A program made the position numbers and the translations under genes. Under the pieces are notes generated by a model. That model saw only the letters and a program-made list of their open reading frames with translations. It searched no databases and was not told the origin of the DNA. A stretch of 64,000 nucleotides of DNA from a virus (taxonomy: Duplodnaviria; Caudoviricetes). Position 1 is the stretch's first letter. Each line of letters starts with the position of its first letter. The stretch spans positions 24,187 to 88,186 of IMG/VR virus record IMGVR_UViG_3300022660_000065; one strand, given 5' to 3'. Shown piece after piece: positions 40,621 to 48,910 of the stretch.

Positions 40621-42348
40621 TTAATATCCTTTTGTTTCGACATTTGAATAAAGAATTATTTTCCCATCATAATTTGGATGAACCAATGATAAACGTCCTT
40701 TATCCCTCCAATTGTCAAATTTATGGAAAAGGTGTTCAAGATATTGTATATTTCTATCTTCTTTATTTGGCATGATAATATGTAAACCACCACTTGATGT
40801 TTCATATTCGTCAAGCGGAGTGATACCACACATTTGAATCATATGACGAACTTCACCCCATATTTTCTTATCATCAGTATCAACATCAATAAAAAATCTT
40901 GGTCTTTGCCCCTTCCAATTTCTACCATGTTTCGCCTGAGCAGGTACAATATCATCAGCATTAATATGACGTGCATCAGTTTTCGGAAACATTTTCTTAA
41001 CTTTCACAATCTGAGCATCAGTTGCTTTTGCACTACGGTTATTAACTGTTATATATGCACGTGCGTTATTTTTATCACAAATGTCAATGATTGTTGGTTT
41101 AAGATTCATAAGTTCATCCACAGAGTGTATTCTCCATCCCTTAAATGGGTACCAAGCACCCGCATGATAGTTTCCGACGCTACGGTCATCACCCTTATTG
41201 TCCTTAAAACGTTTGATTATCTGCACAAAATAGAAATCATCATCCGAATTGAATTCCATAAGTTTTGCAACCCTGTCAAAATTGTCAATCAACTTTCTTT
41301 CTTCAATAAGAACTTCTTCAAGAATCATTTTAAAAAAATCATCTGATTTACTTTCATTCAATTCATTTGGAAGGTCATTTAAATAACATAATGGGGCACC
41401 ATCTGAATCTGAGACAATAAAATTACCATCTTCATATTTTGATATTGATAATTTATGCTTTTTATATACTACTTCAGCCTCTCCTTCCTCATCAAAATTA
41501 GCAGCAAAATCGAACCATACATCTGAAATCAATTTATTTGTTGCTACCTCAAAATAATTAGCCTTATTTCCTTTATAAACAATTACATAGCCATTAATTG
41601 AGCGATTTGCCACATCATCGAATTTCCTTTTTCCACCGGCATCAACTGAGTGTTTCAACGTCGCTTCAGTATCAGTGTCATGCCCTGCACGGTAAATAAG
41701 TTCATCAGTAATGGCTTTAATCCAAGTTCGACCATTGTCTTTACTATAACTGTGAGGAATTACTTCAGAAAAGTTACGAACGAAAGCACAGTGTCCATCA
41801 TGTCCTCCTGAGTAAACAATACCACGAATCTTAGTTTCTGAAATCTTATCTCCCAAGAAACTTGTTATCTGATAAGCAATATTAGAAGTGCGAACATCAT
41901 CACAGTTACTATTATCATTCATGTAGAGTCTGAAACGACTAAGAATTTGTTGCGCAATTTTAGGTGGAATAAGTTTTTCAATTTGTTTCTCTATTCTATA
42001 ATCAGCGCCATACACTTTCTTTGCCATATCTTTATTAAAGATAAGAAAGTCCTGATAACCCCCAAGAAGATAAGATTTTACTATAAATCGACCATACCCT
42101 GTGGCTTTTTCATTTGATGAACGGAGAGAATATACATTATATACCCCAACTCCATACATATTACCACCGTTATCTCCGGTATATTCCCTACTGAAACCAT
42201 ATTTCATGAGAGAATTTATAACTCCCATTGGATTAGAACCCCTTGAATCCATAGGCCTATGAAAAAGGGGAACTCCTTTTTCGATATCATCAATTGTAAG
42301 TTCCCCCTTCACGTTCGTTCCAAATCCATTATCGAATTCGTTAATCAT
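40621..42348 (-). CDS. Polyvalent protein: PARP-like ART domain, WG-like repeats, AEP/prim-pol-like domain
   Basis: LFH...SLMKYGF...GNMYGVGVY (PARP-like); VWFDFAANFDEEGEAEV (WG-like); FFIDVDTD and ETSSGGLHII (AEP-like motifs). Confidence 0.55.
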   Translation of the reverse strand: MINEFDNGFGTNVKGELTIDDIEKGVPLFHRPMDSRGSNPMGVINSLMKYGFSREYTGDNGGNMYGVGVYNVYSLRSSNEKATGYGRFIVKSYLLGGYQDFLIFNKDMAKKVYGADYRIEKQIEKLIPPKIAQQILSRFRLYMNDNSNCDDVRTSNIAYQITSFLGDKISETKIRGIVYSGGHDGHCAFVRNFSEVIPHSYSKDNGRTWIKAITDELIYRAGHDTDTEATLKHSVDAGGKRKFDDVANRSINGYVIVYKGNKANYFEVATNKLISDVWFDFAANFDEEGEAEVVYKKHKLSISKYEDGNFIVSDSDGAPLCYLNDLPNELNESKSDDFFKMILEEVLIEERKLIDNFDRVAKLMEFNSDDDFYFVQIIKRFKDNKGDDRSVGNYHAGAWYPFKGWRIHSVDELMNLKPTIIDICDKNNARAYITVNNRSAKATDAQIVKVKKMFPKTDARHINADDIVPAQAKHGRNWKGQRPRFFIDVDTDDKKIWGEVRHMIQMCGITPLDEYETSSGGLHIIMPNKEDRNIQYLEHLFHKFDNWRDKGRLSLVHPNYDGKIILYSNVETKGY

Positions 42349-43870
42349 ATAAGTATGGATTATTAATTTTATTAAGGATACTATAGAAACTATCCCTCAT
42401 TTCATTCATATTATTAATTGGTTTCTGAGCATCACTCATCGACATTTCATCATTCACAATCTCAATACCCAACTTATTCAATGCGTTTCGATATCGCATC
42501 ATGAAATCATCACCAAAACCTTCAGAAACAATTGCATTACCAATTTTACTAACAGCACGTCTAATTACAGGTGCCAAAGCGGTAGCCTCCTTTTGGGTAT
42601 AAACAAGCGAATGTCTGAAACGTTTAAGAGCATTCAACGCGACATCAGTCATGATAAGAGTCAACTGAACAGCATCTTCAGCATATTGTTCCACATTCTC
42701 AGGCTTAAGGACATTCATCTTAGGAGTAATCTGAGTTCTGTAATATGAGAGAAGTCCTTCAACAAGACGGTCCTCATCAGAACTACCATTACCTGTAATT
42801 TTAACACCACTCTCAGCGCAAAGTTCTTCAACCGCAGCAACTGCTTTACCTGTTCTCTCAACCATCGCAGCATTTCCATCAGGGTCAATAACCTCACCAT
42901 TTCCCGCTTTCTTTTTATCTTCAATTTCCTGAGCGAGAGCGTTAAGTTTATATTGAATATTTCCCGAAATATTAGGTTTTGAATTAAGGAGGTCTTCCTG
43001 TTTCTTATCTACTATATATGTATCTTCAATATCATATCCAAGATATTTGATAGGAATAAGTTTCTTACCTTTCGAAAGTTGTTTATTAGCTTCAATTTCA
43101 ATCTTATTCTGAACCGTTACACCGAGTTCATCATAATCAGCCCCAACCTGCACGATGGCATTCTGAGCATCAGCCATCGCCTTATCATAATCCGCCTGAG
43201 AAATCTTATCAGCAGAAATATATCTCCAAAGAGGATAAGGTCTTACTCCCGATTTAACGTCACGACCGTATTTATTCCATGTACTTCTACCAAGAACAAA
43301 TGTAGGCGCTTTGCCATATTTATTTGCCATTGCCTTAATAAGCATAACATTTCTCAGGGAGAGAGCATGCCCATATATAGTATTACCATAGATTTCAGCG
43401 TAAAGTTTCAATATACGCATAGTCTCAGGGTCATTAACCTTATTAAGGTAATCAGTCCAGAGGTCAGCAACCGAAACTTCAGCATCCTGATAAAGTTGTT
43501 TCATTTCCTCATTACTTAATTTATTCATTTGGAAATCAGCAACGTCCTGTAGATGCATGATTTTATCACCATCATAACTCCCTGTTTTAAGAAGGGCTGC
43601 AATAATTGACTTCATACCTGTATCAAGGAACTCTTTTGTCTTATCCGCAGCAACCATCACATGAACAACAGGCCCTTTACTCCACGCCTTTTCAATATTT
43701 TTAAGAGGATTAACCTTTCTAAAAGGGCCGTTACCAGGGAGAAGAAGACGGTCAAGGACAACCGCAGCATCTCCGTTTTTCATACCATAAAATGATAATA
43801 TCTTAGATTTTCCATCCTGAGTTGGTTTTACGGAAACCTCAACATCAAGATTCGGGTCGAATTTTGCCAT
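42341..43870 (-). CDS. ArdC-like (DUF1738-type ssDNA-binding) protein
   Basis: LSLRNVMLI...APTFVLGRSTWNKYGRDVKSG matches the ArdC-N pattern; no intact HExxH downstream; ACTATTTAT at 43895-43903. Confidence 0.55.
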   Translation of the reverse strand: MAKFDPNLDVEVSVKPTQDGKSKILSFYGMKNGDAAVVLDRLLLPGNGPFRKVNPLKNIEKAWSKGPVVHVMVAADKTKEFLDTGMKSIIAALLKTGSYDGDKIMHLQDVADFQMNKLSNEEMKQLYQDAEVSVADLWTDYLNKVNDPETMRILKLYAEIYGNTIYGHALSLRNVMLIKAMANKYGKAPTFVLGRSTWNKYGRDVKSGVRPYPLWRYISADKISQADYDKAMADAQNAIVQVGADYDELGVTVQNKIEIEANKQLSKGKKLIPIKYLGYDIEDTYIVDKKQEDLLNSKPNISGNIQYKLNALAQEIEDKKKAGNGEVIDPDGNAAMVERTGKAVAAVEELCAESGVKITGNGSSDEDRLVEGLLSYYRTQITPKMNVLKPENVEQYAEDAVQLTLIMTDVALNALKRFRHSLVYTQKEATALAPVIRRAVSKIGNAIVSEGFGDDFMMRYRNALNKLGIEIVNDEMSMSDAQKPINNMNEMRDSFYSILNKINNPYLYD

Positions 43871-43925
43871 ATTTTTCTCCTACTATTTTAAACCATAAAT
43901 AGTTGCAAAATCCTATTTGTTTATA

Positions 43926-44573
43926 TTACATGAGGAGATTATCCACATTATTCCCTTCAGAAATTGATTGCCTTATCTCTGTTGAGGATATATTTGGTAC
44001 TATTGTCCGACTTATTTCAATTTTGTATGCAGAGTTTTCATGTAAAAAATTGGTTTTAAGGTCTTCAAGGACTGCGACATCATCTTTTCCTCGCGGGAAA
44101 ACCAATACACCATACTCACTTAAAATTCTCTTATAGTCTTTCCATCCCCTCATCTGTCGAAGATTATCAGCACCAATCACTAAAGTAAAATCAGCATTGG
44201 AATTTCTTCTCCTGAGTTCATCCAACGTATTGATTGTATAGTATGGAGGCATCATTTCTTTTTCAATTTCCGAAACAGTTACATTCCATAATTCATGCCT
44301 TGTAAGAGCATTGTAAGCATTGTTCATTCTATCATCTACCGTATCTTCAGAAACAGTTTCCTTCAATGGATTTTTAGGAGTAACAACAAGATAGACCCAA
44401 TCATAATTTTCTGATAGGTCTTTAATGATTGCCTGATGCCCAATGTGAAGAGGGTTGAAAGAACCACCAAATACTGCAATCTTTCTTTTAGGTTCCTGTT
44501 TCCTAAAAATCAAATTTAAGAACAAGAATATTATAAATGCTATTGTCAAAAATGTTGCTATAATCACTATCAT
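43926..44573 (-). CDS. nadD: Nicotinate/nicotinamide mononucleotide adenylyltransferase with N-terminal hydrophobic helix
   Basis: AVFGGSFNPLHIGH (HxGH), YTINTL, IGADN, ISSTEIR. Confidence 0.9.
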   Translation of the reverse strand: MIVIIATFLTIAFIIFLFLNLIFRKQEPKRKIAVFGGSFNPLHIGHQAIIKDLSENYDWVYLVVTPKNPLKETVSEDTVDDRMNNAYNALTRHELWNVTVSEIEKEMMPPYYTINTLDELRRRNSNADFTLVIGADNLRQMRGWKDYKRILSEYGVLVFPRGKDDVAVLEDLKTNFLHENSAYKIEISRTIVPNISSTEIRQSISEGNNVDNLLM

Positions 44574-45454
44574 ACTTCCCCAAATATATGATTTAATTTT
44601 ATTAAATTACCATTTTCAAATAATGAATCATTTCTTTCTTCATTTTCCTTTCTAATTTTCACCCACACCTTTGCTGTTTTTCTAAGAAAATAATCATAAG
44701 ATTTTTCGATAATATCATTCAATTTTTCGCGTAATTCTTTTTCATCGTTAAAGATAATGAATTCATTTTCCTTAATAAATTTTTCCATCGTTAAAAAATT
44801 AGGTGTGTTAAATGGCGCATTGTTGAAAAATTTTTTTATTGTTGTTAATGTTTTTAATACATTATTTAATTCTGTTTTTTCAATGAAATCTTCATAAGAG
44901 TTTACTCTTTTATATCTAACAGAGTTATAAGCGTCATTCACATATGCATCAATTTCAAAACGTTTTGAAAAATATATTAATTTAGAAAAATTAGAAAGAT
45001 ATTGATTATTGGATTGAAAATATTGCACAGCCAATTGATATTTTTCAGTACTTAAACTTCCTTTTTTCATTTTCGTTTGATAATAATGCTCAACCTCATG
45101 CTGAATTGTGTCTAAGGTATCTGAGATATTATATTCATCCCCAATAGCAATTACAGTTAAGTACATAGTGTTTTCACTCGTTGAATATCCATTTTTATAT
45201 TCTTCAGAATTAATGGAATACCATGTTGAAAAATTTTCAATATTATCAAATAATAAAAGTTTCCATTCAACTTTTAAATCATCTACAAAAAATATACCAT
45301 GTTTATTTTCAGTCATTTCACCAACTTCATCATTGAATTTTTTTTCTATTTCATGTGTAATCCTTTTGACTTCATCAGATATACCTAACTCTTCTTTAAT
45401 CAAATCAAGAAGTTTCTGATATTGTTTCTCATTTACAATTATTTTTTTACTCAT
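44570..45454 (-). CDS. Leader-bearing zincin-like metallopeptidase
   Basis: TIQHEVEHYYQ (HExxH) plus downstream EIDAY; leader MSKKIIVNEKQY..LIKEE. Confidence 0.55.
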   Translation of the reverse strand: MSKKIIVNEKQYQKLLDLIKEELGISDEVKRITHEIEKKFNDEVGEMTENKHGIFFVDDLKVEWKLLLFDNIENFSTWYSINSEEYKNGYSTSENTMYLTVIAIGDEYNISDTLDTIQHEVEHYYQTKMKKGSLSTEKYQLAVQYFQSNNQYLSNFSKLIYFSKRFEIDAYVNDAYNSVRYKRVNSYEDFIEKTELNNVLKTLTTIKKFFNNAPFNTPNFLTMEKFIKENEFIIFNDEKELREKLNDIIEKSYDYFLRKTAKVWVKIRKENEERNDSLFENGNLIKLNHIFGEV

Positions 45455-45456
45455 AT

Positions 45457-47430
45457 CTATTTTTCATTTTCTTTCTTTATGACTTGGTCAATTACCAATT
45501 GTTTTCTTAATACTATATTCCACATTTTTTCATATTGAGTATTCCTAAACATTTGATAATAGATATCACAAGGTTGTGTTTGCCCAATACGATGAATCCT
45601 ATCCTCCATCTGTTGGTCATTTCCGGGAACATAATCATATGTGTTAAAAATTAATTTATGAGAAACAATTAATGTGATACCAACACCTGCACTAATTAAA
45701 TTTCCTAAAAATACTTTTACATTAGGATTGTTAGTAAACTCTTTAATTGCATTATCTTTCTCTTTCAACCCCATTTTACCATTGTAGATAACACAAGAAT
45801 CACCATAATATTTTTGAAGATTATATAATTCCTCATCATAACAACATGCAATGACTACTTTTTCTCCTTGGGCAATAAACTCATCACACATTCTTATTGT
45901 ATTAGGAACCATCTGATTTGAAAGATATTTCCTATATAATCCCCCCTCAATAAGTTCTTTATTAATCTCCGAATCAGGATTTTCTTCAAGTTTTGCTTTT
46001 TCGTATTCATCCCAAAGGCGATTATATTCTTCTTGCTGTATATCAGTAAGGTCATAGAATACCTCATGAACTCTTTTTTCAGGAAGGTCCCCCAAATCTT
46101 CTTTTGTTCTTCGCAAATACATATGGGAAATACGTTCTTTAAGTTCATCGAGATTTTTGGGTTCACCAGGAACTTGAATCATACGTGCATTTTCTTTTAT
46201 GAAAGTTTTCAAATCACCTTCACCCCCACGAGCATAAAAAATGTTCGTCCATTTTTCCTTTTCACCCTTAGCAGGCACTTTAAACGCCCCACAATACCTT
46301 TCCATGAAATATTGATAATCATCCGTTATAGGGTCTCCAAGAAATTGAAGAACACAATAAAGGTTTTGTGGATTATTTGTAATTGGAGTGCCTGTAGCCG
46401 CATAAATACTATGGGGATTACCTCGTTTAATGAAGTCCCTTATCACCTTATAACGTATCGAAGTGTTGTTTGAAAGTCTATGAGCCTCGTCAATTATGAT
46501 GAGGCTTTTTCTATTCACGATATATTGTAGCATAGGACTTTCATCATATGCCTTCTGAATATTCTCCTTTGAACGAGTTTTCGGAATCTTATAAAATTCA
46601 TCAAGGATATCAAAATTCACTATCACAAAACGGTTATCTTGCCACTTGCCTCGTTCCTTGAATTCTTCTTGGAGTTCTGACATTTTTTTACCTGACCTAC
46701 CCTCTCCATAACCAAGCATTTTTTCAAGTTCTGATTTTGTTTTACCTTGAAGGCCCTCCACAACAGTAATATCCCTCTCAGAAACATACCACATAAGTTC
46801 ATCTTTCCATGTATTTTTAATTGATGCGGGGCAGATTATCACTACACTATCAAAATTCCCTTCAATTGCCGCCACAGAGAGACTTGTAGTCTTACCTAAC
46901 CCCATCGTATCTGCAAGAATACATTTTTTTCTTGAAAGAAGAAACTTCACAGCATCTTTTTGATGACTTCTAAGTCTCCTATTGGGGTCCTTATTCATTG
47001 AAAGCCTATCGTAACGGTCAAAATCTACTTGAATATTATTGTAATCCTCCACGAGAAAATTAGTAAGAACAGCCTTTTTAGGTATGAAGCATTGTTTTGG
47101 TTCCATGTTCTTGCGATACTTGACATAACAGTGATAATTGGTAGCAGTTTCACCCAACAGAACCTTTACAGATATCTTGGAGGGAACGAAATCAATACCC
47201 CAATCATCCTGTTTCTTCTCAGCATACCAATCAGCCAATTTAATCGTCTTGTTGATAGCAATTGGATTAAATTCATAGTTTTTGAGGATGTATTCGATAG
47301 CAAAGTCATTCAGGACATCTGATTTACCTTTCAGAACGTCCTTTTTTAACATACATATGTAAGGATTTCCACCCCCGTATGTTTTAACAATATCTATTGA
47401 CCTCATTTGGTCTTTTATTGATATAGCCAT
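45457..47430 (-). CDS. SNF2-family SF2 helicase/annealing ATPase
   Basis: ILADTMGLGKT, IIDEAH, ATGTP, GVGITL, QMEDRIHRIGQ; likely start ATG 47430. Confidence 0.9.
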   Translation of the reverse strand: MAISIKDQMRSIDIVKTYGGGNPYICMLKKDVLKGKSDVLNDFAIEYILKNYEFNPIAINKTIKLADWYAEKKQDDWGIDFVPSKISVKVLLGETATNYHCYVKYRKNMEPKQCFIPKKAVLTNFLVEDYNNIQVDFDRYDRLSMNKDPNRRLRSHQKDAVKFLLSRKKCILADTMGLGKTTSLSVAAIEGNFDSVVIICPASIKNTWKDELMWYVSERDITVVEGLQGKTKSELEKMLGYGEGRSGKKMSELQEEFKERGKWQDNRFVIVNFDILDEFYKIPKTRSKENIQKAYDESPMLQYIVNRKSLIIIDEAHRLSNNTSIRYKVIRDFIKRGNPHSIYAATGTPITNNPQNLYCVLQFLGDPITDDYQYFMERYCGAFKVPAKGEKEKWTNIFYARGGEGDLKTFIKENARMIQVPGEPKNLDELKERISHMYLRRTKEDLGDLPEKRVHEVFYDLTDIQQEEYNRLWDEYEKAKLEENPDSEINKELIEGGLYRKYLSNQMVPNTIRMCDEFIAQGEKVVIACCYDEELYNLQKYYGDSCVIYNGKMGLKEKDNAIKEFTNNPNVKVFLGNLISAGVGITLIVSHKLIFNTYDYVPGNDQQMEDRIHRIGQTQPCDIYYQMFRNTQYEKMWNIVLRKQLVIDQVIKKENEK

Positions 47431-47440
47431 TTTTTTTTGT

Positions 47441-47590
47441 CTCACACGCGCACGTGCGAAATAATTTAAATTAATCTAGAAATAATAAAATATATAAAAT
47501 AATATATAAATTATATTATATTTTATTTTTATATCTAAATATTAATTATATAATATATTATTAATCGCGTGTATACACACGCACACATGT
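47441..47590. other. Candidate replication origin / AT-rich unwinding element flanked by CACGC-rich boxes
   Basis: Only 3 G/C in 105 nt (47461-47565); flanked by CTCACACGCGCACGTGCG and CGCGTGTATACACACGCACAC; gene orientation diverges here. Confidence 0.45.
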
Positions 47591-47672
47591 AAAGATAAAG
47601 ATATTTTTTGAATTTACCAAATATTTTCTTACAATTTTTCTAACTATTTATAAAGAAATGTTTTAATCTTAT

Positions 47673-48368
47673 ATGAAACTGATTGTCAATGAAAAACAAT
47701 ATAATTGGATTCTTAATGAAATGAAGAAGGAGATGGTTACTGAAATGGCTTATCCCGCTTCATTTAATTTTGATGAATTCAGACAATGTACATCATTTGC
47801 TCAAAGAGTCAGGTATTGTGAGGAACGTCTTCAAAGAATTTCTCAAGGAACGTCACGAATTGTATACAGAGTCGATGATGAAAAAGTCCTGAAACTTGCT
47901 AAAAACAAGAAAGGAATTGCTCAAAATGAAGTTGAAATCAGGCTTGGAACTGAACCTTATTATACTTGTTTTGCTGATGTATACGAATACGATGGGAATG
48001 GTTTGTGGGTAGAAATGGAAATATGTAGAAGAGCGAAGAAAAGTGATTTCAAGGCAATATATGGTGTCCCATTTGAAGTACTTTGTTGTATGATGTACCA
48101 ACAGGCGGAAAATCAAAGTCCACGAAAGAGTTGGTATCGTCCTTTTGCTGATTATGAGCCAATTGTACAACAGGTTTGGGAAGGGGAGGAAAATGACCTG
48201 CAGATGCTTTTCATGTCCCTTCAGGAATATATAGGTGGGGAGATGCTCAGTGGAGTTGGTGACCTTTGTAGGATTTCAAGTTGGGGAATTGATAGCGAAG
48301 GCTATTTTAAATTGGTTGATTACGGGCTTACTGACGAGGTATTTGATAATTTTTATAAAAGGAGATAG
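47673..48368 (+). CDS. Protein kinase-fold protein with leader
   Basis: SQGTSRIVY (G-loop), VLKLA (Lys), NEVE, GDLCRISSWG (catalytic loop variant), LVDYG (DFG-like); ACTATTTAT at 47643-47651. Confidence 0.7.
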   Translation: MKLIVNEKQYNWILNEMKKEMVTEMAYPASFNFDEFRQCTSFAQRVRYCEERLQRISQGTSRIVYRVDDEKVLKLAKNKKGIAQNEVEIRLGTEPYYTCFADVYEYDGNGLWVEMEICRRAKKSDFKAIYGVPFEVLCCMMYQQAENQSPRKSWYRPFADYEPIVQQVWEGEENDLQMLFMSLQEYIGGEMLSGVGDLCRISSWGIDSEGYFKLVDYGLTDEVFDNFYKRR

Positions 48369-48370
48369 TT

Positions 48371-48910
48371 ATGCCGGTGTTCAATAATGGGGAGGTGAAG
48401 AGACGAAACCCAATAACAAGAAATAGCATGTTTATGAGTCAATCTGATTTTGATTATGAAATGATGATTGGCCGTAACTATGTTGAACAGGATATGGGGC
48501 AGACTATAGTTCTTTATGAAGTTGACCTTGATAATACCAAGATAAATGATATCTATATGGATTCAGAGAAAGATGGTATTAGGTTTAAAACCCCTGTTGA
48601 ATTACCTGTTGTTTATGAACTTGAAGAACCTGACCTTAAACAATATGATAAAACACATCAGAAGGGTGTTTATGTTAAGATGGGTAAATTAACCTTTGGT
48701 GTTTATGAAATGACCCTTGTTGAAAATGAATGTGATATCAAACGAGGTGATTACATTGGTTTGCAGGTTACTCCTGAAAAAATGGAGTTTTTTACGGTTA
48801 TTGACGATGGTAGGATGAATTATGCGAATAAGATGAGTTACTATGGAAGACAGCCTTATTATAGGAAGGTAGTCTGTGCTTCTGTGGATAAAAATGAATT
48901 TAATGGGTGA
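48371..48910 (+). CDS. Neck/head-closure protein (gp14-like)
   Basis: Beta-rich 179-aa ORF (GKLTFGVY..TL..ECDIKRGDYI) directly upstream of the tail completion and sheath genes. Confidence 0.55.
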   Translation: MPVFNNGEVKRRNPITRNSMFMSQSDFDYEMMIGRNYVEQDMGQTIVLYEVDLDNTKINDIYMDSEKDGIRFKTPVELPVVYELEEPDLKQYDKTHQKGVYVKMGKLTFGVYEMTLVENECDIKRGDYIGLQVTPEKMEFFTVIDDGRMNYANKMSYYGRQPYYRKVVCASVDKNEFNG

